Shown here in pieces: positions 29,338 to 40,638 of a stretch of DNA of 64,000 bases. Origin of the DNA: an uncultured Butyrivibrio sp. (GTDB lineage Bacteria; Bacillota; Clostridia; Lachnospirales; Lachnospiraceae); NCBI GenBank assembly GCA_964414835.1, contig CAYPWY010000007.1:12993-76992 (forward strand), in the 5' to 3' direction. The notes below the pieces were generated by a model. It did not search any database and had not been told where the DNA came from. It worked only from the letters and a program-made list of their open reading frames with translations. The translations under genes were made by a program, and so were the position numbers. Numbering within the stretch: the first letter of the stretch is position 1; the number at the start of each line of letters is the position of its first letter.

Positions 29338-31014
29338 TTAAAAAAGACCTGCTATTCTGCCTGTTTCCTCATCAACATCAACCCGCTCCGCCGCAGGTGA
29401 TTTAGGAAGCCCCGGCATTGTCATTATTGTTCCCGTAACAGCCACTACAAAGCCTGCTCCAGCATTTACATACACCTCACGGACATTGATTTTGAAGCCC
29501 TCCGGTCTTCCAAGCCTGTTCTGGTCATCCGACAGGGAATATTGTGTTTTGGCCATGCATACAGGAAGACTGCCAAATCCCATCTGCTGAAGCTTACTGA
29601 GCATCTTTTCGGCTGAAGGTGCAAAGCTTACACCGTCTGCACCATATATTTTGGTTGCTATGGCATTTATTTTATCCTTAAGGGACATATCATCATCATA
29701 TGTAAGGGTAAACGGCTTTTTCTCTTTATCTATCGATTTAAGAACCTTCTCGGCAAGCTCCCTGCCGCCTTCTCCGCCTTCCGCCCAAACATCGGCAATG
29801 GCAAACTCACATCCAAGAGACTCCACATGCTCCTTAATGAATCTGTGTTCCGCTTCCGTATCTGTTATAAAAGAATTAAGAGTGACAACAACATTCACGC
29901 CAAAGCCCTGCATATTCTCTATGTGCTTATCAAGATTGGCTATACCTTTTCTAAGCGCATCAACATTCTCTGTGCCAAGCTCATCCTTAGGGATTCCGCC
30001 ATTGTATTTAAGTGCTCTTACAGTGGCTACGATTACGATTGTATCAGGCACAAGACCTGCCTTACGGCACTTGATGTCCAGAAATTTCTCCGCCCCAAGG
30101 TCTGCGCCGAATCCTGCCTCCGTCACTACATAGTCCGCCAGCTTCAGTGCCATCTTGGTAGCACGAACACTGTTACAGCCATGTGCAATATTGGCAAATG
30201 GTCCTCCATGAACTATTGCCGGAGTATTTTCAAGGGTCTGAATAATATTAGGCTTAATTGCATCCTTCAAAAGTGCCGCCATAGCTCCTGTTGCCTTAAG
30301 GTCGCCTGCCGTAACAGGCTCTCCTGAATAATTGTATGCAACTATTATATCGGAAAGACGCTTTTTCAAATCCGCCATATTATTAGCAAGACAAAGTATC
30401 GCCATTATTTCGGATGCCACAGTTATTACAAAATGGTCCTCCCTGACAAATCCGTCCGCTTTGGTTCCTAAACCTACAACTACGTTGCGGAGCACTCTGT
30501 CGTTCATATCCACACATCTTTTCCAGACTATCTGTCTGGTATCGATTCCAAGTGCATTTCCCTGCTGAATATGATTGTCAAGCATGGCAGCCAAAAGATT
30601 ATTGGCACTTGTTATGGCATGGAAGTCACCTGTAAAATGCAGATTCAAATCCTCCATGGGAACTACCTGTGAATAACCGCCTCCTGCTGCACCTCCCTTT
30701 ACCCCAAAGCAAGGTCCCAATGAAGGTTCCCTAAGCGCAACAATAGCATTCTTTCCAAGCTTATTCAGTGCTTGTGTAAGACCAATGCTGACTGTGGTTT
30801 TTCCCTCGCCGGCAGGGGTGGGATTAATAGCCGTCACCAGTATAAGCTTTCCGTCGGGATTACCGGCAATACGCTGCTCCAGCTGGTCGGAAAGCTTCGC
30901 CTTATACTTCCCGTAAAACTCAAGTTCCTCTTCCTTTATTCCTGCCTTTGCAGCAACATCTTTTATGTTCTCCAATTTTGCTTCCTGTGCGATTTCTATA
31001 TCCGACTTACTCAT
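29338..31014 (-). CDS. fhs: Formate--tetrahydrofolate ligase
   Basis: [20 protein letters not shown] and [11 protein letters not shown]. Confidence 0.98.
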   Translation of the reverse strand: MSKSDIEIAQEAKLENIKDVAAKAGIKEEELEFYGKYKAKLSDQLEQRIAGNPDGKLILVTAINPTPAGEGKTTVSIGLTQALNKLGKNAIVALREPSLGPCFGVKGGAAGGGYSQVVPMEDLNLHFTGDFHAITSANNLLAAMLDNHIQQGNALGIDTRQIVWKRCVDMNDRVLRNVVVGLGTKADGFVREDHFVITVASEIMAILCLANNMADLKKRLSDIIVAYNYSGEPVTAGDLKATGAMAALLKDAIKPNIIQTLENTPAIVHGGPFANIAHGCNSVRATKMALKLADYVVTEAGFGADLGAEKFLDIKCRKAGLVPDTIVIVATVRALKYNGGIPKDELGTENVDALRKGIANLDKHIENMQGFGVNVVVTLNSFITDTEAEHRFIKEHVESLGCEFAIADVWAEGGEGGRELAEKVLKSIDKEKKPFTLTYDDDMSLKDKINAIATKIYGADGVSFAPSAEKMLSKLQQMGFGSLPVCMAKTQYSLSDDQNRLGRPEGFKINVREVYVNAGAGFVVAVTGTIMTMPGLPKSPAAERVDVDEETGRIAGLF

Positions 31015-31052
31015 ATAACATCCTTTCTGCCAGTCTTTTTTGATGGCATATA

Positions 31053-33743
31053 CTAATTATTTTTCAAATATTCATCAAATTCTTCCATGGTCATAAGAAC
31101 CTTACGAGGTTTTGTACCCTCCTCAGGTCCCACAACTCCCGCTTCACAAAGCTGGTCCATAATTCTGGCCGCCCTGTTAAAACCTATTTTGTACACTCTC
31201 TGAAGCATTCCTATGGAAGCACGCTCTTTTTCAATTATGAATTTTCCTGCCTCTGCAAAATACTGGTCTTTGTCGCCGCCAAAAGTCTGGCTTTCTGCAA
31301 ACCCCGGATTGCTTATAATTTGGGAAACATTCTCATTATATTCAACTGTCTCACTGTGTTCCTTAAGAAATTCAACTACCGCCGAAACCTCCTCATCGGA
31401 CACAAATGCGCCCTGAACTCTTGCAGGCTTCTGATAGCCCTGCGGATAAAACAGCATATCACCTTTACCCAGCAGCTTTTCCGCACCGTTCATATCAATT
31501 ATTGTTCTTGAATCTACTCCGGAAGACACCGAAAAAGCAATACGTGACGGTACATTTGCCTTGATAAGTCCCGTAATTACGTTAACACTCGGTCTCTGTG
31601 TGGCAATAACAAGATGTATACCTGCCGCTCTGGCAAGCTGTGCCAGACGGACGATGGCATCCTCAACCTCGTTGGAGGCTACCATCATAAGGTCAGCAAG
31701 CTCATCTATGATAATTACTACCTGCGGAAGCTTAACAGGCTTATTTTCATCATCTATATCATTAATACTGTCTATTTTTTCATTATATCCCTTGATGTCT
31801 CTGACACCAACCTGTGCAAATTTCTGATACCTGTCAGTCATCTCAGCAACGGCCCAGTTAAGTGCTCCTGCCGCTTTTTTCGGATCCGTGACAACCGGTA
31901 TCATAAGATGAGGTATGCCATTGTATACACTCAGCTCAACCACCTTCGGGTCCACCATTATAAGCTTAACGTCATCAGGATGTGACTTATATAAAATACT
32001 CATAATAATGGTATTGATACATACCGATTTACCGGAACCCGTCGCACCGGCTATAAGAAGATGGGGCATTTTGGCTATGTCCGCAAGTACTGTTTTTCCC
32101 GCAATATCCTTACCAGCGACAAACGCTATTGCCGATGGGTGATTTTTAAAGTCAGTACCGGATAAAAGGTCCCCAAGCAGCACGCCCGACGTCTCTTTGT
32201 TAGGAACCTCTATTCCTACTGCCGCCTTACCCGGAATCGGTGCTTCTATTCGTATGTCTGCCGCTGCCAGATTCAGCTTGATATCATCTGCCAATGATAC
32301 TATTTTACTTACCTTGACACCCTGCTCAGGCTGTATCTCATATCTGGTAACCGCAGGTCCGCAGCTTACATCAGTCACAGTTACCTTAACGCCAAAGTTT
32401 GCCAACGTCTGCTGAAGCTTCATTGCCGTTGTTTTAAGCTCATTGCTGTCAGTGCCCTGACCTTTGCTGCTTCCACGCTTAAGAAGTTTAATCGGAGGAA
32501 ATACATATTTACGGCGTTTTACGGCAGGCTTAGGTACTGTTATGGACTGTTGCTGTGAAATATCCTTGCCCGAATTTTTGTCTTGTGATTTTTCTGCAGC
32601 TTGGGACTGTACGGATTTTTCCTGCTGACTGTTCCCGGTGCCTATATCAACATATTCCTCGTAGGTATCCTGCTTCTCTTCAACATCTGCTGCGGACTCA
32701 AAAGGAAGATACTCCTCCTCTCCCTGAAAAGAATCCAAAGGGCTGCTCTGCTCCTCAGCATAATGGCTGGTGACAAAGTCTTCTATTTCAGGAAGCTCAT
32801 CATAACCGCTGCTCTTAACATCAAGAATATTGTCTTCAAATATTGAAGTATCAGGTGCCGGTTCAAAATTGAATACCTGTTCTCTATTTTTCCTTGACTT
32901 TCCTGAAGGCTTAATCTGATGTATTTCCTCAGCCGGTACGGTGTCCCTGATTTCCGTATCAAATGTAACCCCGTAAACCTTTTTTGAGGCTCTGGTAAGC
33001 TCAACCTTTTCCCTTGGTTCGTTCTTAATTGTAACCTTCTTATGCCCATCCTGTTCCCGCTGATGCTGACGATATTGCTGCATATCGTATCGTGCAGTAT
33101 TGTATACTTTTTTACCGCCCTTTCTGATTCCGCCGATAAATGAACGCTCAGAAATCACAACTATACCGATTATTATAAGAACAATGTCAATAATATACGC
33201 TCCCACTGTTCCAAACCATGTGACAAACAGCTTACATATTGAGCCTCCGAAAAATCCCCCGCCGTTCTTATTAACAGAACACTCCGTATAATACTGTGAA
33301 AATTTCCATTCTCCGGCATGTGCTCCGCTTATCAGCTGGACTAATGTACATATAAGTATCATTACAACAACTCCGGCTATAAGTTTAATCCTTGCCACTG
33401 AGTTATTGCGGTTGGATATCATAAATATCACACCGCCGCAGAGAAGTATGGGAAATATGTAGGCTATAATCCCGAACAGGCCAAAGAAAAACGAACTTAT
33501 TGCAGCCCCAACCATTCCGCCCACACCAAAGTTGGCTATAAAAAATATTATTGAAAGTGCCAATATTATAAGAACAGCAGCCTCTCTTGCTATTCCCTTA
33601 TCCTTGCTGCGGACACTTTTGACCTGTTTTTGCTTTGCAGTGCTTCCTGTTCTCGCAGAATTTGTTCTATTTCTGACAGAAGAAGCCTTGCCCGGTGTCT
33701 TTTTTAAAGACGAATTTCTTGTCTTATTATTACTGGCAGCCAT
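31053..33743 (-). CDS. ftsK: DNA translocase FtsK/SpoIIIE
   Basis: N-terminal TMs, [16 protein letters not shown] and gamma domain [11 protein letters not shown]. Confidence 0.96.
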   Translation of the reverse strand: MAASNNKTRNSSLKKTPGKASSVRNRTNSARTGSTAKQKQVKSVRSKDKGIAREAAVLIILALSIIFFIANFGVGGMVGAAISSFFFGLFGIIAYIFPILLCGGVIFMISNRNNSVARIKLIAGVVVMILICTLVQLISGAHAGEWKFSQYYTECSVNKNGGGFFGGSICKLFVTWFGTVGAYIIDIVLIIIGIVVISERSFIGGIRKGGKKVYNTARYDMQQYRQHQREQDGHKKVTIKNEPREKVELTRASKKVYGVTFDTEIRDTVPAEEIHQIKPSGKSRKNREQVFNFEPAPDTSIFEDNILDVKSSGYDELPEIEDFVTSHYAEEQSSPLDSFQGEEEYLPFESAADVEEKQDTYEEYVDIGTGNSQQEKSVQSQAAEKSQDKNSGKDISQQQSITVPKPAVKRRKYVFPPIKLLKRGSSKGQGTDSNELKTTAMKLQQTLANFGVKVTVTDVSCGPAVTRYEIQPEQGVKVSKIVSLADDIKLNLAAADIRIEAPIPGKAAVGIEVPNKETSGVLLGDLLSGTDFKNHPSAIAFVAGKDIAGKTVLADIAKMPHLLIAGATGSGKSVCINTIIMSILYKSHPDDVKLIMVDPKVVELSVYNGIPHLMIPVVTDPKKAAGALNWAVAEMTDRYQKFAQVGVRDIKGYNEKIDSINDIDDENKPVKLPQVVIIIDELADLMMVASNEVEDAIVRLAQLARAAGIHLVIATQRPSVNVITGLIKANVPSRIAFSVSSGVDSRTIIDMNGAEKLLGKGDMLFYPQGYQKPARVQGAFVSDEEVSAVVEFLKEHSETVEYNENVSQIISNPGFAESQTFGGDKDQYFAEAGKFIIEKERASIGMLQRVYKIGFNRAARIMDQLCEAGVVGPEEGTKPRKVLMTMEEFDEYLKNN

Positions 33744-33756
33744 TGTCAGCCTCCTG

Positions 33757-34635
33757 TTATCTTCTTACTATTGAAAACACAATTGCCACTACGCCAAGTA
33801 CGGCACAGTATATGGCAAATCCTATATATCTTTTTCTTCTGATAAGCTTTAACATGTATTTTATACTGAAATATCCCGTCACACCGGCAACTACTGTTCC
33901 CAATATGTATCCCGGAAGATTTGCCGAGCCGAAAGCCTCATTCTTAAGGTCTCCCAGCTTCACCACAACAGCTCCCAATATTGCAGGTATTGACATAATA
34001 AACGAATATTTCACAGCTAATTTCTTATTATAGCCCAGCATAAGACCTGTTGCAATAGTTGTTCCGGAGCGTGAAAGTCCCGGCATCGTCGCAACTCCCT
34101 GTGATATTCCCATAATGAATGCCCCTGAATAAGATGCATCCTTTATGCGCATTGTCCCGTCAGGGTGCTTATCCGCCAAAAACAACAGCACCGCCGTAAG
34201 AATCAGGCATATACCCACAATCCATAATGTTTCCGATGCCCTTTCCACAAGCTCGCTGCCAACCATTCCCAATATCCCTGTGGGAACAGTAGATATAAGT
34301 ACCATAAGCACCAGCTTGCGGTAAGAGGAATTTACCACTTTAAAATATGTATAACGGGTATTTCCCTTGCGTCTCATTATAAATACGAGAAAATTGGCAA
34401 ATATCGTCACCAGCATCCCCCAAAACTCACGAATCATTCCCCATATATCTTCCCTGAACACAATAATTACAGCCACAAGTGTTCCAAGGTGAAGCATAAC
34501 GTCAAAATACATTCCTGAATCAAGATTGATTCCAAGCACTTTTTTAAATATAGCAAGATGTCCCGAACTGCTCACAGGCAGAAATTCAGTGATACCCTGA
34601 ACAAGTCCCATGAGTAACGCCTTAAGTATATTCAA
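33757..34635 (-). CDS. uppP: Undecaprenyl-diphosphatase (BacA)
   Basis: QGITEFLPVSSSGH and PGLSRSG; TTG start after AAGGAGG. Confidence 0.95.
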   Translation of the reverse strand: MNILKALLMGLVQGITEFLPVSSSGHLAIFKKVLGINLDSGMYFDVMLHLGTLVAVIIVFREDIWGMIREFWGMLVTIFANFLVFIMRRKGNTRYTYFKVVNSSYRKLVLMVLISTVPTGILGMVGSELVERASETLWIVGICLILTAVLLFLADKHPDGTMRIKDASYSGAFIMGISQGVATMPGLSRSGTTIATGLMLGYNKKLAVKYSFIMSIPAILGAVVVKLGDLKNEAFGSANLPGYILGTVVAGVTGYFSIKYMLKLIRRKRYIGFAIYCAVLGVVAIVFSIVRR

Positions 34636-34759
34636 CTTTCTTCCTCCTTGATAGTCCCCCGCCGGCCGTAATAAATAACAGCTTATTAAACGCCAAAAAT
34701 GATATAACAGCGGTTTTCAGCTATTATACCATTTTTTCACAACGAATACAAATATGAAT

Positions 34760-35416
34760 TTACATGTGATTTGCGGCAGCATTGCTGCCAATCATCTCAT
34801 AAAGCTTTTCAAATGCCTGATGAATATTCCCGCATTCATTGATTATCCCGGCATCCACAGCTTCGCAGCCCACAAGGATTGTCCCCAAATCCTTCGCCAT
34901 CATCTGTGTTTCCATCATCATATTTTCCAATTCGTTTTCAGGGCAGTTTGAATGAGCCGAAATAAAGCTTATTATTCTGTCCTGTATGGACTTAAACTGC
35001 TTGTAGGTCTGGTTTGTTCCCAGAATTGTTCCGCTCATTCTTACAGGATGGATTATTACCGTAGCTGTCGGCACAATAAAAGAATAATCTGCCGCAACCG
35101 CCACAGGTACACCTATGGAATGACTGTCTCCAAGCACCAGTGATACTGTGGGTTTTGTCACTCCCGCAATTAATTCTGCCAGTGCCAGACCGCATGACAC
35201 ATCTCCGCCAACCGTATTTACCAGAAAAAGTATACCCTTTATATCATCATTGCGCTCCATCGAAGCAATAAGCGGCAGCATATGGTCATATCTGGTGGTC
35301 TTGCTGTCACGGTTGAGATTTTCGTGACCCTCTATCTCCCCTATAATGCTTATTATCTCTATTCCGTCAACAATGCTGCTGCCATATTCTTTTATATCTT
35401 CCTGTCCTTCTGGCAT
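34760..35416 (-). CDS. tepA: ClpP-like TepA protein
   Basis: IIGEIEGH, NTVGGDV, SHSIGVP, IHPVR; near ftsK/spoIIIE. Confidence 0.88.
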   Translation of the reverse strand: MPEGQEDIKEYGSSIVDGIEIISIIGEIEGHENLNRDSKTTRYDHMLPLIASMERNDDIKGILFLVNTVGGDVSCGLALAELIAGVTKPTVSLVLGDSHSIGVPVAVAADYSFIVPTATVIIHPVRMSGTILGTNQTYKQFKSIQDRIISFISAHSNCPENELENMMMETQMMAKDLGTILVGCEAVDAGIINECGNIHQAFEKLYEMIGSNAAANHM

Positions 35417-35443
35417 AAAAACACCTCCGAAAATACTTTTTAG

Positions 35444-35473
35444 AAGTATTCCCGAAGGTTAGTCTTATTATTC
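35444..35473 (-). promoter_or_regulatory. SigF/SigG-like forespore promoter of tepA
   Basis: GAATA-N15-GGGAATACTT; tepA is forespore-expressed in Bacillus subtilis. Confidence 0.6.
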
Positions 35474-36823
35474 CTGATTACCCGTATCTTTCTCATCCGT
35501 ATCATCATCAGCAGCATCAGGCATATCATCGCTCACTCTGGTTATCTCAACCTTGCGGATTACATTGCCCGAAACCTCAAGAATCCTAAAGCAAAGCCCA
35601 TGAGATATTACAACTTCGGTATCATCCTCATCAGGAATCCTGTCCAGCTTATATATGAGAAATCCGTTAAGAGTATCATATTCTTCACTTACAATATCTG
35701 TCCCCAGAAGCCGGTTTAGCTCATCCAGTTCCGTAAGTCCGTCAACAATATAGGCATCATCCTCGTTCTGTTCAATAACCTCCTCCTCGTCATCATACTC
35801 ATCAAGAATGTTTCCTACAATTTCCTCAATAATATCCTCCATGCTGATAACGCCTGCAGTCTGACCATACTCATCAACAACGATTCCCATATGTATTTTT
35901 TCAGCCTGCATATCGCGCAGCAAATCATCGATATCTCTTGTTTCCGGCACAAAATAAGGTTCCCGAAGCAATGCTTTAAGCTTTATTATTGTCTTTTTGC
36001 GGTTAGGTATATTTCTGTACAGTATAAGCGCATCCCTGATATGGATTGTTCCCACTATATTGTCAATATCTCCGTCATAAACAGGAAATCTTGAATACTT
36101 GCCGTCTATATGGTTTTGAATAAAATTCTCCAATGTAATATTACAATCTATCGCCACAATTGAGCTTCGATGAGTCATAATATCTCCGGCAGACTTATCT
36201 CCCAGCTCAAAAATATTGGCTATCATCTCCGCCTCGGAGGCTTCCAGAACACCTTGCTCCTGACCTTCATTGACCATTGTTATTATTTCTTCCTCGGTAA
36301 CATTGTCAGTATTTTCCTTAGGGTCAATTCCGAAAAGTCTTATAACAAAATGTGATATTCCCGTCACCACTGCACATATCGGAAAAAGAACAGCCATTAT
36401 GGCACCTACAATATTGCAATAGCGGTATGCTTTTTTCTCAGGTGAACGCTTGCCTAGTTTTTTGGGAATCATAACGCCAAATACAATAAATATTACAAGC
36501 ATAACCGCCCCTGCCGCAACAGAAATCCATATGCTGTCACTTTTTATACTGCGGCTTATGCGTGCCCTGATTACCGCCAATATGTATCCGCCTGCAATTA
36601 CATTTGTAACAAACATTACAATATCAAAAGTATCCGCAAATCTTGACGGGTCATCAATAAGCTTTTTAAGGCGTATGGACTTCCGGTCTTTCGCCTCTGC
36701 TTTTTCCTCTATCTCTTTCTCGTTAACATTTTTAAGAGCTGTCTCAAATGAATATAAAACAGCATCTATCACAAGGAATAACACAAATAATGCAATTCCT
36801 ATATACGTTTGGCCGTCGCCCAT
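35468..36823 (-). CDS. CNNM/CorC (hemolysin-family, DUF21-CBS-CorC) Mg/Co efflux protein
   Basis: N-terminal TMs; YSRFPVY and VDEYG...MEDIIEEIVG CBS pair; CorC domain. Confidence 0.9.
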   Translation of the reverse strand: MGDGQTYIGIALFVLFLVIDAVLYSFETALKNVNEKEIEEKAEAKDRKSIRLKKLIDDPSRFADTFDIVMFVTNVIAGGYILAVIRARISRSIKSDSIWISVAAGAVMLVIFIVFGVMIPKKLGKRSPEKKAYRYCNIVGAIMAVLFPICAVVTGISHFVIRLFGIDPKENTDNVTEEEIITMVNEGQEQGVLEASEAEMIANIFELGDKSAGDIMTHRSSIVAIDCNITLENFIQNHIDGKYSRFPVYDGDIDNIVGTIHIRDALILYRNIPNRKKTIIKLKALLREPYFVPETRDIDDLLRDMQAEKIHMGIVVDEYGQTAGVISMEDIIEEIVGNILDEYDDEEEVIEQNEDDAYIVDGLTELDELNRLLGTDIVSEEYDTLNGFLIYKLDRIPDEDDTEVVISHGLCFRILEVSGNVIRKVEITRVSDDMPDAADDDTDEKDTGNQE

Positions 36824-36883
36824 AAATTATCCTTTCTGTCTGAATTACTATTATCCTTTTTTGCCGCAGACAATACGGTCATC

Positions 36884-37234
36884 CTATGTACGGATAATCT
36901 CCAGACTTGTAAGGAGAGCCTTATTGACTTTTACAATTATCTCGCTGTCAAGATGGCAGACCTTATCCTTTAATCTTGTTTTATCTATTGTTCTAAGCTG
37001 TTCAAGCAAAATAACCGAATCCTTAATCATATCATACTTAGTAGAGTCAATCTCCACATGTGTCGGCAGCTTTGCCTTGTTCATCTTTGAAGTGATTGCC
37101 GCACAAATCACAGTAGGGCTATGCTTGTTTCCAGTATCATTCTGAACAATAAGCACAGGCCTTATTCCGCCCTGTTCCGAACCGACCACCGGTCTTAAAT
37201 CGGCATAAAAAATGTCTCCTCTTCTAACAATCAC
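36884..37234 (-). CDS. mazF: PemK/MazF (NdoA-like) endoribonuclease toxin with no adjacent antitoxin
   Basis: [33 protein letters not shown] and LEQLRTIDK; GTG start after GGAGTG. Confidence 0.93.
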   Translation of the reverse strand: MIVRRGDIFYADLRPVVGSEQGGIRPVLIVQNDTGNKHSPTVICAAITSKMNKAKLPTHVEIDSTKYDMIKDSVILLEQLRTIDKTRLKDKVCHLDSEIIVKVNKALLTSLEIIRT

Positions 37235-37267
37235 GATTAAACACACTCCGTTAATTAAATTTAACCT

Positions 37268-37297
37268 TATTATTGCTGTTTTCGTGTGTGTTTATAC
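37268..37297 (-). promoter_or_regulatory. SigF/SigG-like promoter upstream of mazF
   Basis: GTATA-N15-AGCAATAATA. Confidence 0.5.
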
Positions 37298-37311
37298 AAT
37301 TTTTTAAAAAA

Positions 37312-38433
37312 TTATCTTACATACTTTCTTTCCACCCGCTGAGAGATACCGCATACAAACTCATAATCAAACTTACCTGAAAGTCGTGAAAGCTCCTCAA
37401 CGGTAATGCACTCATCACCATCTCTGCCGATAAGTGTAACCACATCCTCCACCTGCACACCTTCTATACCGGTAACATCCACCATCATCTGGTCCATACA
37501 TATTCTTCCGATGACCTGTGCTTTCTTACCTCTGATTAAAACATATCCATTGGAAGAAAGTGCGCGCGGATACCCATCAGCATAGCCTATGGCAACGGTA
37601 GCCACTTTGGTAGGGCGGTCCGTTATATAGGTTCTTCCGTAGCTTATACCCTCGCCTGCCGGAAGCTCCTTAACAAAAATAACATGGCTTTTCAATTCCA
37701 TCACAGGATGATAATCAATCTCATTACACATCTCATCGGACGGATGTAATCCATATAATATAATTCCCTCTCTGACCATATCAAGGGCATATTCCGGCAT
37801 ATCAACGATTGCCGCACTGTTGCAGCAGTGCCTTATTTTAAATGTAACGCCTCGTCCCTCAAGCTCATTGAGAAGTCCCATGAATCTGTCAAACTGCGTA
37901 TGTGAAAAGCTTTTATCAGAGCAGTCTGCTGTTGCAAAATGCATAAATACGCCCTCACAGTCCAGATTAGGCAGCTTATATACACGTTCAATCGCATCCG
38001 CCGAGGTTTCATTTACCGGAAAACCTATTCTGTTCATTCCGGTATTAATCTTGATATGGCATTTTGCCGTCATGCCAAGCCTGACAGCACATTCTGAAAC
38101 CTCACGTGCCATTTCTTCTGTAAGCATTGCAAAAGTAATATCACTTCGCATTACTGCCTCATATTCTGCACCGCACACATAACCAAGTACCAGAATCATA
38201 TTCTCTATTCCATGTTCCCTAAGTTCCAATGCTTCCCTGACAGTAGCTACGGCAAAGCCTTCCACTTTATCCTTGATTGCCTGCGCTACCTCTATAGCTC
38301 CATGTCCGTAGGCATCCGCCTTGACAATTGCCATAATACTGACATTTTCACCGACCTTTGTACGTGCCTCTGCCACATTGGCAAGGAGAGCATCAATATG
38401 TATTACTGCATAAGTTCTTGTAAACCTTTCCAT
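37312..38433 (-). CDS. alr: Alanine racemase
   Basis: AIVKADAYGHG, TGMNRIG, GYADG and GRICMDQ. Confidence 0.97.
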   Translation of the reverse strand: MERFTRTYAVIHIDALLANVAEARTKVGENVSIMAIVKADAYGHGAIEVAQAIKDKVEGFAVATVREALELREHGIENMILVLGYVCGAEYEAVMRSDITFAMLTEEMAREVSECAVRLGMTAKCHIKINTGMNRIGFPVNETSADAIERVYKLPNLDCEGVFMHFATADCSDKSFSHTQFDRFMGLLNELEGRGVTFKIRHCCNSAAIVDMPEYALDMVREGIILYGLHPSDEMCNEIDYHPVMELKSHVIFVKELPAGEGISYGRTYITDRPTKVATVAIGYADGYPRALSSNGYVLIRGKKAQVIGRICMDQMMVDVTGIEGVQVEDVVTLIGRDGDECITVEELSRLSGKFDYEFVCGISQRVERKYVR

Positions 38434-38454
38434 GCTGATTATCCTTCTTTACCG

Positions 38455-39945
38455 TTATTTACCCATAACACGCCCAAACTGCTCCAGCAAATCCCCTGCC
38501 AGAACCGTATGCATATTGTTCTCTGCCGCTGCAGCTTCGCCTGCCAGTCCATGTATATACACTCCCATAGCCGCCGCAGAGAAAGGCTCAAGCCGGCAGG
38601 ACAACATTCCTGCAATAACACCTGTAAGAACATCACCCATTCCGCCTTTGCTCATAGCTGCACAACCGGAATTATTTATATAGGTTCTCGGTTCAAAGGA
38701 TGCAACTACTGTGGATGCGTTTTTAAGAACGCATATCACATTATTTTCTGCGGCAAAATTAACAGCTGCACCTACGGAATCAGCAAGTATTTCCGCCTTT
38801 GAAAGTCCGCTCAGACGTGCCATCTCCCCTATATGCGGTGTAATTATAACAGTTGAACCACAGCTTTTCAATAGTGATATATCCTCTGCAATAATATTTA
38901 ATCCGTCAGCATCAATTATTACCGGACATTTGGCAACGCTCAGAACTTTTTTAATTATTTTTGCGGCTGTATAGTCGGTGGAAAGCCCCGGCCCGGCTAT
39001 TATCACATCAGCCTTGGCAGCGCCTTCACCCACAGCCTCAGCCGCATTATCGTCATTGTATCCCTTAACTATTGCCTCCGGCAGCAGATTTCTTATAACT
39101 CCGCAGTTATTTTCGTGGGTAAGTACCTCCACAAGTCCCGCACCGCACCTGTATGCGGCCGCAGCCGCCAAATAAGCAGCTCCGCTCATATTTTCGCTTC
39201 CTGCGATAACTAATGTCCTTCCGTAGCTTCCTTTGTTGGACATGGCATCCCTGACCGGGATTCCATATACATCATCAGTGGTAAAGTACATAGCTGCCCC
39301 AAGATTCCTTACCGCCTCCGGACAAAATCCTATATCCGCCACTGTCACCTCTCCTGCCAAGGCTTTACCCGGATATAACATAAGCCCCTGTTTATTATAT
39401 CCGAATGTCACTGTGGCATCAGCATGTATGGCAGTCCCCATAACACATCCCGTATCCGCATTCACGCCTGACGGAATATCCACGCTAACAACCACATTAC
39501 TGCAGGCATTGATTTTGTCGATAATTCCGGCGTATGACCCGGAAATCTCCCTTGACAAGCCTATGCCGAAAACTGCATCTATTATAATATCATATTCATC
39601 TATTGCCGATAGGTTACGAACCGCCATACCGGAGCGCACTGCAATGTCAAGCTGAATATTAAACTCCTCTGTGGCGTGTTCTTTATCGCCTGCAATTATA
39701 ATATCCACAGCCATCCCCTGCCATGTAAGGATTCTGGCAGCCGCCACTCCATCCGCGCCGTTATTTCCGCATCCGCACACCGCGCATATTTTAACGGCCC
39801 TCCCGAAATCAACAGCAATCTGCGCCGTTTTTGAGGCAACCTCAAAAGCCGCCCGTTCCATAAGAACCACGGAAGGTATTCCCATTTTTTCAATTGTGTA
39901 AATGTCTACGGACTTTGCCATAGCACCTGTCAAAACATATTTCAT
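38455..39945 (-). CDS. nnr: Bifunctional NAD(P)H-hydrate epimerase/dehydratase
   Basis: GCGNNGADG, DAVFGIG, TPHIGEM and GGMGDVLTG. Confidence 0.93.
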   Translation of the reverse strand: MKYVLTGAMAKSVDIYTIEKMGIPSVVLMERAAFEVASKTAQIAVDFGRAVKICAVCGCGNNGADGVAAARILTWQGMAVDIIIAGDKEHATEEFNIQLDIAVRSGMAVRNLSAIDEYDIIIDAVFGIGLSREISGSYAGIIDKINACSNVVVSVDIPSGVNADTGCVMGTAIHADATVTFGYNKQGLMLYPGKALAGEVTVADIGFCPEAVRNLGAAMYFTTDDVYGIPVRDAMSNKGSYGRTLVIAGSENMSGAAYLAAAAAYRCGAGLVEVLTHENNCGVIRNLLPEAIVKGYNDDNAAEAVGEGAAKADVIIAGPGLSTDYTAAKIIKKVLSVAKCPVIIDADGLNIIAEDISLLKSCGSTVIITPHIGEMARLSGLSKAEILADSVGAAVNFAAENNVICVLKNASTVVASFEPRTYINNSGCAAMSKGGMGDVLTGVIAGMLSCRLEPFSAAAMGVYIHGLAGEAAAAENNMHTVLAGDLLEQFGRVMGK

Positions 39946-39971
39946 ATGAACTCCGCTTTTATTGAAAGTAA

Positions 39972-39999
39972 AAAAGAGTTTCGACGCCGAAACTCTTTT
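39972..39999. terminator. Intrinsic terminator after the rex operon
   Basis: AAAAGAGTTTCG-ACGC-CGAAACTCTTTT. Confidence 0.8.
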
Positions 40000-40029
40000 C
40001 CGGGCGATTTACCCATTATTATTTGGATG

Positions 40030-40635
40030 TCAGTCTTTTTTATCCGATTTGTTATCAAAGACCTCCATCATCTCATGTCCCAACAAATCATGCATATATG
40101 TATATATCTCTGTGTTTTTTGTTTCTTTATCCTGCTTTATAAGAATCTTTTTCTTAAGCTCAATACGCATATCATTAATCCATTTCCCCAGAAGCTGTAT
40201 ATCCTCATAATTCTGGTGTATCCTGTCATAACACACCTGAACACCTTCTATAATAAGCTCAAGATTGGCGTTACGTATCTTCTCAGGTATTTCAAGCTCC
40301 TCCTGCTCTAACTGGGCAATTTTATCCTTAGCCTCCATCACAAGATTTTTATTGGTACTCATAAGCTTCTGCCGCTTGGCATCGGACATTTCGGTATTTT
40401 CTACATTATTTATAATTGACTTCATCAAGTCTGTCTTTATCTTGCGGACATCCTTAAGGTCATTGGTTATCTGTCCCTGCCTTTTAAGCAGAGCATTAAG
40501 CTTCTTCTCTAACTGCCTGATTTCCGGCGTCTTGTCTTTCTCCGGAAAAAGCCTGTGATAACGTTCATCCAATGTCACTATAGGCAGACGCTTGTATGCA
40601 ATGCTTTTCTTAACTTCTTCAATAGTAAGAGCCAT
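40030..40635 (-). CDS. Coiled-coil hypothetical protein co-transcribed with rex
   Basis: 201 aa, heptad-rich, starts 3 nt after the rex stop. Confidence 0.8.
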   Translation of the reverse strand: MALTIEEVKKSIAYKRLPIVTLDERYHRLFPEKDKTPEIRQLEKKLNALLKRQGQITNDLKDVRKIKTDLMKSIINNVENTEMSDAKRQKLMSTNKNLVMEAKDKIAQLEQEELEIPEKIRNANLELIIEGVQVCYDRIHQNYEDIQLLGKWINDMRIELKKKILIKQDKETKNTEIYTYMHDLLGHEMMEVFDNKSDKKD

Positions 40636-40638
40636 TTT

